Assembly (NCBI GenBank): GCA_964591795.1
Contig: CAZQEL010000005.1
Span: forward strand, 1-27,867
Source: an uncultured archaeon
GTDB lineage: Archaea; Iainarchaeota; Iainarchaeia; Iainarchaeales; CSSED10-239
DNA length: 27,867 nucleotides
Reading direction: 5' to 3'
Below, piece after piece: positions 1 to 7,124 of the stretch (its first letter is position 1; every line of letters begins with the position of its first letter). Both the position numbers and the translations under genes were made by a program. A model generated the notes under the pieces. It had not been told where the DNA came from. It was given only the letters and a program-made list of their open reading frames with translations, and did no database searches.

Positions 1-1
1 T

Positions 2-316
2 AATCCTTTTTCAGGTCAGGAAACCATTTTTGAAAATACAAAATTTATTTGGTCACTTAATTATTATGGCTTGATTGAAACCCATTTAATTTCTGAAAAA
101 GAAGTTTATGATTTTTTAAAGAAAGCTCTTTTAAAAGTTGAAACTAGGTTTCCATATAGAGGGCCTAATATCTATAAAGAAAATGATTTTGAATATTTTT
201 GTGATACTACTGGCATTCTTGAGAGATTTATTGGAAAAGAAAGAATTGATTACAAGGGAGAAACAATTTACACTGGTGTTTTTCATGGTGGAATAATAAG
301 AGCTAAATTAATTTAA
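2..316 (+). CDS. DUF5680-like protein, C-terminal part (5' end outside the window)
   Basis: Frame 2 is open from nt 2 (NPFSGQETIFENTKFIWSLNYYG...), so the TTG at 71 in the ORF track is internal. The pattern ..W..NYYG...FLK.AL....FPYRGP...Y.C...G....F.G.E.I...G..IY.G.FHGG resembles the DUF5680 family as I remember it. Confidence 0.4.
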   Translation, partial: NPFSGQETIFENTKFIWSLNYYGLIETHLISEKEVYDFLKKALLKVETRFPYRGPNIYKENDFEYFCDTTGILERFIGKERIDYKGETIYTGVFHGGIIRAKLI

Positions 317-1085
317 GTTGTTTTTTTGCGATATTATAAATTTCGGCAAAATTATTTGGTAGTACTAAAGGATCAAAAAAATATAATTCTTTTGTTTTTA
401 AATCTATAAAATAATGATCTTTGTTTCTATAGTTGTTAATTGGTATTTTAGATGTTTCTATATTTTTAATAATATTTTTCATTTTTGTATTTATTAAATT
501 GAGTTCGATTTGTGTAAATTTATTTAATTGTATAGCATCTTTTACAGTAAGTTTATTTGTGAAATCATAGACTACAAATGATTTTTCTTTAGAACTAATA
601 TTATTTTTTGATTTGTAGGCTAAGTGTGAATCAATTGTTTTTATTCCTCTTTTTTTAAGTAAATTTATTACTAGTGTTTCACCAATAATTACTTCTTTTG
701 GTAAACTATTATTTTGTTTTATAAAAAGAGTTGTTTTTATTGGTTTGTTGATAATTAATACTTGTGCTTTATTTCCTTTAGAAATAATATCATACTCATT
801 TGCTGTTGCTCCTCTTCCTTTGATTTGATTAATTACATTAATTATTTCAAATCTTCCTTTTGGGTCTACATATCTATATTCATTTGAACGTGAAAACTTT
901 GAGAAGTTTGTTAAGAGATCAGGTATTTCTTTTATAATGGATTTAATATATTTATTATATAAAATAGCTTTTGATTCTTTATTTCTAATTGAGTTTTCTT
1001 TAAATACAAAGTTTTGTTTACTTTTAGCAAGTTTGTTTTTTTTTATAACTTCAGTTTTAATTATTGATTTGTTTTTTTTAATCAT
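303..1085 (-). CDS. Lys-rich hypothetical protein; possible divergent Bud32/RIO-like small kinase fold (function low confidence)
   Basis: 260-aa ORF starting 14 nt after the Cgi121-like gene on the same strand. A by-eye alignment to archaeal Bud32 matches a G-rich loop (KGRGATANEY), LIINK, an ETLVINLLKKRGI helix, the SFVVYDFTNKLTVKDAI hinge and LYFFDP in place of LYIIDFG. No canonical HxDxxxxN catalytic loop is present. Confidence 0.45.
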   Translation of the reverse strand: MIKKNKSIIKTEVIKKNKLAKSKQNFVFKENSIRNKESKAILYNKYIKSIIKEIPDLLTNFSKFSRSNEYRYVDPKGRFEIINVINQIKGRGATANEYDIISKGNKAQVLIINKPIKTTLFIKQNNSLPKEVIIGETLVINLLKKRGIKTIDSHLAYKSKNNISSKEKSFVVYDFTNKLTVKDAIQLNKFTQIELNLINTKMKNIIKNIETSKIPINNYRNKDHYFIDLKTKELYFFDPLVLPNNFAEIYNIAKKQLKLI

Positions 1086-1099
1086 TTTTTAATTTTCCT

Positions 1100-1618
1100 T
1101 TATTTGTATAATGATAATGCCATTTTTTCAATTATTTCATTTTCAATATTTTTTGTATTTTTAAGATTATAAAATTTAGTTATTTCTGTCATGTTTATTT
1201 TTGGATTTGTTTTATTTATTTTTAAATCTAAACTTTTAATTATTTGTTTTAAATCAATTTTATTTTTGGATAAAATGTTAACATAATAGTCATTGTTGTT
1301 ATTAGTTAATAACAAGTCCTTAGAAATCCTTTTAATTTGGTTTGTAATAGACATAATCATAAGTGTTTCAGTTAGCATGCTTTTAGATATATTCAGATTG
1401 TCTACAAATCTACTTTTTGCAGTAAAAATAGCCCAATTTAATTGATTTTTATTATATATGTGCCTATTTTTAATAATTATTATGTTTATTTGGTGTTTGT
1501 ACTCTTTTTCGAGTGTTTCAATTCTTTTTAAATAGTTTTCTATATTATTAATATCTATAAAGCAATATATATTTTCTAATTGATAGTTTTTATTATTAAG
1601 TTTAAATAAATCTGTCAT
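1100..1618 (-). CDS. cgi121: KEOPS complex subunit Cgi121-like
   Basis: 172 aa. ISKSMLTETLMIMSITNQIKRI matches the archaeal Cgi121 motif I recall (IAKSFWMEILVRASGQRQIHEAI in the M. jannaschii protein). The C-terminal IIEKMALSLYK matches VLEKIALIELKK. Confidence 0.55.
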   Translation of the reverse strand: MTDLFKLNNKNYQLENIYCFIDINNIENYLKRIETLEKEYKHQINIIIIKNRHIYNKNQLNWAIFTAKSRFVDNLNISKSMLTETLMIMSITNQIKRISKDLLLTNNNNDYYVNILSKNKIDLKQIIKSLDLKINKTNPKINMTEITKFYNLKNTKNIENEIIEKMALSLYK

Positions 1619-1679
1619 GTTATATTAATATATAATTTAATTTAAAAAATATTCTATATTTATAAAGGAGTTGACTTCA
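1619..1679. promoter_or_regulatory. Compact divergent promoter region between cgi121 and rps8e
   Basis: 61-bp AT-rich spacer. It contains the palindromic TATA octamer TTTATAAA (1659-1666, 41 nt upstream of the minus-strand ATG) and TTAATATATAAT (about 1626-1637) upstream of an AGGAG SD (1666-1670) for rps8e. Confidence 0.35.
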
Positions 1680-2075
1680 ATGGTTGAATGGAGAAAAAAA
1701 TCAAAAAGAAAAGCAACAGGTGCAATTAATAATTCTGTTAATGCAAAAACTAAATCTCTTAGTGATAGAGGTGGCCTTTTTGTAAAAACAACTGTTGATA
1801 CTGACGATAAAAGACATGTTGAAAAAACTAGAGGTGGAAACCAAAAAGTTAAAGTTACAAAAATTTCAAATGTTTTAGTTACTGATAAAGAAAAATCATT
1901 TAAAGGTAAAGTTTTAAACGTTGTTGAAAATAATGCAAATAAACATTTTGTTAGACAAAAAGTAATTACTAAAGGTTCAACTATTATTGTTGAAATTGAT
2001 GGTAAAGAACATAATGCAAAAGTAACTTCAAGACCAGGACAATCTGGACAAATTACTGCTATATTAATAAAGTAG
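1680..2075 (+). CDS. rps8e: 30S ribosomal protein S8e
   Basis: The basic N-terminus (WRKKSKRKATG) and C-terminal SRPGQSGQITAILIK are typical of S8e. ATG at 1680 lies 9 nt after AGGAG; the TTG at 1671 in the track is probably not the start. Confidence 0.9.
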   Translation: MVEWRKKSKRKATGAINNSVNAKTKSLSDRGGLFVKTTVDTDDKRHVEKTRGGNQKVKVTKISNVLVTDKEKSFKGKVLNVVENNANKHFVRQKVITKGSTIIVEIDGKEHNAKVTSRPGQSGQITAILIK

Positions 2076-2080
2076 GTTTT

Positions 2081-2635
2081 ATGTTAAAAAATTATTTTAA
2101 AAAAATAAAAAAAGATCTAAAAAATAAAACTAAAGTTAAGGATTCTTTTTATTTTTTAATTTATTTTTTAATTTCTTTTGTTTCTATTTATTTATTGTTT
2201 TCAAAAACAATTATATATTCTTTTGTAAATTATTTTTATGGTAGTTTTTCAAGTAAATTATTAAATATTGTTTTTAATATTTCATCTTCTTTTTATTATG
2301 ATTTTATAGAAAAAGTAACTTTTTTGGTTTTACCTAGTTTAAATTATCCTGTGGCAATAATTTTTTTATGTACTGGTATTTTAGAGTTTTCATTAATATT
2401 TAGTTCTATTGTTGCAACTATTGGAGTTTCTGTAAGGCAAAAGACTAAATGGGTTTTATTAGCATCTTTAATTGTAATTGTTTTTAATCTTTTAAGAATT
2501 ACTTTTACAATCTTTTTAATTGTATCCTTAAATTTACAAATTGCAAATTTTTTCCACGGATTTTTGTTTAAATTATTTTTAATAGTTATAGTGATAGGAA
2601 CCTATTATTTATTTTTAAAAAATAGTTTTAAATAA
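2081..2635 (+). CDS. Minimal exosortase/archaeosortase-family membrane protein
   Basis: 184-aa polytopic membrane protein. Ordered signature residues are Cys97 in IIFLCTGILE (nt 2369-2371), Arg139 in FNLLRI (nt 2495-2497) and His159 in NFFHGF (nt 2555-2557). This matches the C.G ... N..R ... H core of exosortase/archaeosortase proteins. The gene starts 5 nt after the rps8e stop. Confidence 0.6.
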   Translation: MLKNYFKKIKKDLKNKTKVKDSFYFLIYFLISFVSIYLLFSKTIIYSFVNYFYGSFSSKLLNIVFNISSSFYYDFIEKVTFLVLPSLNYPVAIIFLCTGILEFSLIFSSIVATIGVSVRQKTKWVLLASLIVIVFNLLRITFTIFLIVSLNLQIANFFHGFLFKLFLIVIVIGTYYLFLKNSFK

Positions 2636-2639
2636 TTAT

Positions 2640-2912
2640 TTATTTTCTAGGTCTTTTTCTTAAATGAAATTTACGCTTTGGTTTTTCAATTGTTTTTTTG
2701 TTTTTTAAAGTGATTTGATTTTCAATCTTTTTATTTTTATTTTTTATTTCCATTATTTCATCAAATATAATTTTCATAAATTTTGTATCACCTTTGTTTT
2801 TTCTTATTACATCTTTACAAAATTCAATATTTAAATTATTAAGTTCATTTTTTCTTTTTGCAATTGGTGAACTTGTGTGGTTCCATTTTTCAGATAAATT
2901 TTCATTTGTCAT
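2640..2912 (-). CDS. Hypothetical small basic protein
   Basis: 90-aa ORF with a polybasic C-terminus (KPKRKFHLRKRPRK). Its start overlaps the end of the upstream minus-strand ORF by 11 nt, suggesting translational coupling. I recognise no family. Confidence 0.5.
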   Translation of the reverse strand: MTNENLSEKWNHTSSPIAKRKNELNNLNIEFCKDVIRKNKGDTKFMKIIFDEIMEIKNKNKKIENQITLKNKKTIEKPKRKFHLRKRPRK

Positions 2913-3297
2913 TTTTATCGTCTTTTAACATTTTTTTAACTTGATCTATTGTAGTGTATTCAAGTGGATTAATATTATCTATAATATATTTCATTTCCTT
3001 TAAGTCTTCTTGTCTTGCATATCTTTTTGAAAACATTTCAAGAGTGGATTCTATTCCTTTTATTCTAGAATCAAATTCTTCAACTTTTGCTAGTATTTTA
3101 TCTAGTTTGTCATTTGATGCAAAAGAGCCTTCGCTATCGCTATTATTATTAGATGCAATTTTTTTATTTAAAATAAGTATGTTTCTTCCAAGAATTTTTT
3201 CATTATGAACTAAATATTTAAGTTTTTGTCTTAAAACCAGAATACTTGATTGTAAAGCCTTTATGTCTTGGTAAACATTTTGCCCTTCGTCTGCCAT
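2902..3297 (-). CDS. Hypothetical coiled-coil protein
   Basis: 131-aa ORF with heptad-like helical segments (QDIKALQSSILVLRQKLKYLV; LDKILAKVEEFDSRIKGIESTLEMF) separated by a Ser/Asn linker. It is the first gene of a two-gene minus-strand unit. I recognise no family. Confidence 0.55.
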   Translation of the reverse strand: MADEGQNVYQDIKALQSSILVLRQKLKYLVHNEKILGRNILILNKKIASNNNSDSEGSFASNDKLDKILAKVEEFDSRIKGIESTLEMFSKRYARQEDLKEMKYIIDNINPLEYTTIDQVKKMLKDDKNDK

Positions 3298-3504
3298 ATT
3301 TTTCTTAACCTTTTTTTTTAATTATATTTATATATTATATGTAATTATATTTAAAGATGTTTGTTTTTTTTAAATATCTTTTTGTTTTCTTTTTCTTTTT
3401 AGTTTAACTTAATTTAATTAGTGTAATTGTGTTCAGTTATTAAATTAAAAACATTTATAAATGATTTGGAACATAATATATATACAAAAATGTGAGGTGA
3501 GTTT
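3298..3504. promoter_or_regulatory. Divergent promoter region (minus-strand two-gene unit / plus-strand surface-protein genes)
   Basis: 207-bp AT-rich spacer. TTTATAAATG lies at 3454-3463, 44 nt before the plus-strand ATG. TA-rich ATATTTATATA lies at about 3324-3334, roughly 30 nt upstream of the minus-strand ATG. Confidence 0.4.
3494..3500 (+). promoter_or_regulatory. Strong Shine-Dalgarno GAGGTGA
   Basis: GAGGTGA lies 4 nt upstream of ATG 3505 and is complementary to the conserved 16S rRNA 3' end (..AUCACCUCC). Confidence 0.6.
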
Positions 3505-3870
3505 ATGAATATGAAAATATTTAGTTTTTTAATAGTTATTATGTTTGTTGCTTTAGCATCAACTTTTGTTAGTGCAAACGATAGATTCGATATTACAGAT
3601 ATATCCTATTCATATGTGAGCTATAATCATCCGTATTATCCTAATGTACCTTACTACAATAGTTATAGTAATTACAATAATTATAATTCATATTATAATG
3701 GATATAACGCAGGTTATGTAAGCCCTTATAACGGTTATGTGACTTATCCAGCATATAATAATTATGCAACATCTTATTATCCTACATACAGTTACCCTAG
3801 ATATTCTTACTATAATAATTCAATTAGTTATGTGAGCCCACAAACAAATGTAGTTTTTAGTTGGCAATAG
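3505..3870 (+). CDS. Secreted Tyr/Asn-rich low-complexity protein
   Basis: N-terminal signal peptide (MNMKIFSFLIVIMFVALASTFVSA). The 97-aa mature part has 27 Tyr and 16 Asn, with no Lys, Glu, Leu, Met or Cys. A strong SD precedes it. Confidence 0.7.
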   Translation: MNMKIFSFLIVIMFVALASTFVSANDRFDITDISYSYVSYNHPYYPNVPYYNSYSNYNNYNSYYNGYNAGYVSPYNGYVTYPAYNNYATSYYPTYSYPRYSYYNNSISYVSPQTNVVFSWQ

Positions 3871-3907
3871 GGTTTGGTTTATTTTTAATCTTGAGGTTTG
3901 ATATTAT

Positions 3908-6900
3908 ATGAACTATAAATACTTTATATTATTTTTTGCAATAATAATTTTTTCGAGTACATTGTTTGCCTATTCGATTGGATTTGATTATGCTGATGTA
4001 AGATCTACATCCTATCCTGTATATATGCCTTATCAGTATGCTGGTGTCTATGATACAATTGATCTTAGATATTCATTATATGGTAATGGATTAACTGCAC
4101 CTGTTAATGTCGTTGTTTCTCCAAAGGTATATGGTATAAATCTATCAGGTCAAAGAATTTTTGTTCATAATGTTCAAACTCAATCTTTTTTAATTCAACC
4201 CTATGGTAATTTTGTCTATTCTTATAATCCTATGTTCTATTTTGATCCTGCCTATCAATCATATGAAGTAGTTTTAGATCTTCAAGCATTAGATGGATCT
4301 TATCAAACAGCTACAAGTTCTTATATTTATTTAAATGGAACTACTGGTGGTAATCAAACTCCTCCAGATCCAACTTTTGAAAATCCAACTTGTGATGATT
4401 TTTATATATCTGGTTTTTCTGATATTTATTTAGATGAAGATTCAAGAGATTTTTATAATCTTTATATAATTAATTCAATTGATGATTCATTAGCAATTAC
4501 TTCAATAACCACAACTCCTATTGATCCTGAAAATTTAGAAATTGAAAATATTACTTATCCATATAATATTTCTTCATACCAAACAAGGAGTGCACAAATT
4601 GATTTATTTACAGATACTGTTTCTTCAAATTATTCAGATAGTTTTGATATTAATGTTAAAGGGAAGTATGGTGATTTAACTTGTGAAAAAAGTTATTCTG
4701 TAAATTATAGAATTAATGATGAGGATTTGCCAAATAATTCTGATTGTGATGATATAAGAATTTCTAATACTTATTTCACATTAAATTCAAACGAAAGTAA
4801 AAATGTATCTGTAAATATTGAAAATGAATCCTTAGATTATTATTTTGATATTGATAGTATTAAATTAAACGAACCTACAAACTCAATTGTAGATGCTTCA
4901 TTAAGAAATAATATTTATTCTATTAATGAAGATTCATCTAAATCTTTAAACTTAAATTTAAATGCAGATGAAACAACTGTTTATAAAACTGAAGATATTG
5001 AACTTAAAATTGATGGTTATTTAAAAAGAACAAATAGAGAAGACAGAAGATGTAGAATAAATGAAACTATTTCCGTTAGAGTGTCTCCAAATTCAAGTAC
5101 CACATCAAACGAATGTAAAGATATTAGTATTTTTTCAAGAAACGTGTCTATTGAAGAAAATACTTTAAAAAATTATTCAAAGACAGATGGTTTTTATTTA
5201 TATAATAATTCTAATAAAAAGTTTATAGTGACTGGTGTTGATTATATTGATAACTCTGGTTATTTGGATGTTTATTCAAAAGCAGTTGATAATTATATTT
5301 TTCCTAAATCATCTGGAAATATTAGTTTTGATTTAAAATCAAAAATAGTTTCTTCAAATATTGATGCTAAAACAAATATAGTTCTAAAAGGTTATTTTGA
5401 AAATGGTGATACTTGTAGTTTTTTAGATATTAAATCAGAATTTAATGTTGGGATTGTAAAGAACGCTGTTTGTTCAAATGTTGGTTTTTTAGATTCTTAT
5501 TTTAAAGATGGAGTAAATTACTTTACAGTGTATAATAATACTCAAAATGATTTTTCAGTAAATGATGTAATTTCTCAACAAAGAAATAATACAACTGTTA
5601 ATGTAATTGATAAATCTTTTGTTATTTTAAATAATTCTCAAAAAACAATTGAGGTAGGTACTTTAAATGAAGGTTCATTTGAACTTCTTTTGAAAGGAAA
5701 ATTTACTAGTGGTGCTTCTTGTGATTATAAGGAAACAACATCTGGTTATTTTACATCTGATAATTATTCTTTTTCAGGATCTGACCCTAGTTGTAATTTT
5801 ACATTTAATTATCCTACAATTAAATATGTTTCATTGGATGGTGATTTTGTAGATATTTCTTTTAAAAATTTAACAAACAAACAAGGAGTTTTAAAGATAA
5901 CTTCCACAGGTACAGTAATTGAAAATCCTTTTATTTATCTTGCACCCTATGAAAACATTTCTCAAAAATTAATTCTTACAAATATAAGTAATCCTAAAAA
6001 TATTATTTATGAAGTAGAAGTATATGGTTGTGCTAAAAAATCATTTGTAACAACTCTTTATCCTTTTATTTCTGTTGACGATCAAAAAATTTATTTTGTA
6101 ACATATCCTACAAGTTTAACTTCTGTAAATAAAAGACTCATTAGTTCTTTTGTTTTGAAAAATACTTCTGAAAATGAAAGTATTGTTGAAATTAAATTTT
6201 CTGGATTTCCAAATAATTTTGTGTTTGTAGCAAATGATTTTATGTTGAATGAAAATTTATTTACAGTTAATGATAATAAAATAAATATTGTACTTAATCC
6301 TTCATCAACCAAAAATATTTATTTTGGAGTTATTGTTCCTGATGATGCTTCAAATATATCTTACAATGGATATATTGATGTTTATAATAAAGGTAAAATT
6401 GTGTTTAATCAACCATTTACAATTAACAGAATTATTTTAAAAGATGAAATTGTTGTTACTAGTAGTTTTGAAAAAATAAATAATAGTAAAAATTCTGTTC
6501 TTTTAAATTTTATGCTTGAAAATAATTCTTCAAATATTAAACATTTATTAATATATTTTGAAGATGAAAATTTATTTACAATTGAAGGAGTTAAATCTAT
6601 AACTTTAGACCCATCTTCTAAGGTATCTCAAAGTTATAAGGTAATTTATGATAATGAACCTTTAATTAAATATAGTGTAATTAATGCGGATACAAATGCT
6701 GTTTTAAAGCAAGGTGAGCTTAATTTAAAAGAAGTTAAAGATAACCCTGGATTTTTAACTGGATTTTTGTCTTTAGCTGGAATTAATTGGGTTTGGGACA
6801 TAATAATAGTTATTATTATAATATGTATTATCTATATTATTTATAATAGTTATAAAATAAAAAAAAGAAAAAAACAAAAAGCTAAATTAAATTTAAAGAA

Positions 6901-7051
6901 AGACATTTTATCAAAAGATGTTGATTTAGAAAATAAAGAGGCGTTTGTTGAAGATAAACTACCTGAATCTAACTTAGTTTCAGAAAATAAAGATGTTTTA
7001 CCTTTAAAAGAAGTTACTTTTGCAGATGTTGATGCTCTTAATAAAAAGTAA
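3908..7051 (+). CDS. Large multi-domain cell-surface protein with C-terminal PGF-TM-polybasic region
   Basis: 1047 aa. It has a signal peptide (MNYKYFILFFAIIIFSSTLFA) and about seven beta-rich modules of roughly 110-120 aa, five of them bracketed by Cys residues. Then come PGF (aa 947-949), a hydrophobic span (950-979), KIKKRKKQK, and a 56-aa charged tail. GAGGT SD at 3893-3897. Confidence 0.85.
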   Translation: MNYKYFILFFAIIIFSSTLFAYSIGFDYADVRSTSYPVYMPYQYAGVYDTIDLRYSLYGNGLTAPVNVVVSPKVYGINLSGQRIFVHNVQTQSFLIQPYGNFVYSYNPMFYFDPAYQSYEVVLDLQALDGSYQTATSSYIYLNGTTGGNQTPPDPTFENPTCDDFYISGFSDIYLDEDSRDFYNLYIINSIDDSLAITSITTTPIDPENLEIENITYPYNISSYQTRSAQIDLFTDTVSSNYSDSFDINVKGKYGDLTCEKSYSVNYRINDEDLPNNSDCDDIRISNTYFTLNSNESKNVSVNIENESLDYYFDIDSIKLNEPTNSIVDASLRNNIYSINEDSSKSLNLNLNADETTVYKTEDIELKIDGYLKRTNREDRRCRINETISVRVSPNSSTTSNECKDISIFSRNVSIEENTLKNYSKTDGFYLYNNSNKKFIVTGVDYIDNSGYLDVYSKAVDNYIFPKSSGNISFDLKSKIVSSNIDAKTNIVLKGYFENGDTCSFLDIKSEFNVGIVKNAVCSNVGFLDSYFKDGVNYFTVYNNTQNDFSVNDVISQQRNNTTVNVIDKSFVILNNSQKTIEVGTLNEGSFELLLKGKFTSGASCDYKETTSGYFTSDNYSFSGSDPSCNFTFNYPTIKYVSLDGDFVDISFKNLTNKQGVLKITSTGTVIENPFIYLAPYENISQKLILTNISNPKNIIYEVEVYGCAKKSFVTTLYPFISVDDQKIYFVTYPTSLTSVNKRLISSFVLKNTSENESIVEIKFSGFPNNFVFVANDFMLNENLFTVNDNKINIVLNPSSTKNIYFGVIVPDDASNISYNGYIDVYNKGKIVFNQPFTINRIILKDEIVVTSSFEKINNSKNSVLLNFMLENNSSNIKHLLIYFEDENLFTIEGVKSITLDPSSKVSQSYKVIYDNEPLIKYSVINADTNAVLKQGELNLKEVKDNPGFLTGFLSLAGINWVWDIIIVIIIICIIYIIYNSYKIKKRKKQKAKLNLKKDILSKDVDLENKEAFVEDKLPESNLVSENKDVLPLKEVTFADVDALNKK

Positions 7052-7075
7052 TTTTATGAGAAAATAAACAAACTC

Positions 7076-7083
7076 TTTATAAA
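7076..7083 (+). promoter_or_regulatory. Candidate TATA box (TTTATAAA) for the ribosomal super-operon
   Basis: The same 10-mer, TTTATAAATG, occurs at 3454-3463. It lies about 205 nt upstream of the rpl3 ATG and would give a long 5' leader. Confidence 0.3.
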
Positions 7084-7124
7084 TGTTTTTGTTCAAAAAG
7101 ATAATATATAAGCAATTATTTTAC

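Noticed and set aside
2954-3208. 84-aa plus-strand ORF inside the minus-strand coiled-coil gene
   Set aside because: It is fully nested antisense to a longer ORF that has a better start context. The Ser/Leu/Phe-rich translation is typical of the antisense strand of a Lys/Glu-rich gene.
6091-6312. 73-aa minus-strand ORF inside the 1047-aa surface-protein gene
   Set aside because: Nested antisense ORF with no SD. The plus-strand frame is continuous for 3.1 kb.
3908-7051. Very high density of N-x-S/T sequons as evidence for heavy N-glycosylation of the surface protein
   Set aside because: Asn, Ser and Thr codons are all favoured by the extreme AT bias, so sequon abundance is expected by composition alone. 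I do not count it as independent evidence.
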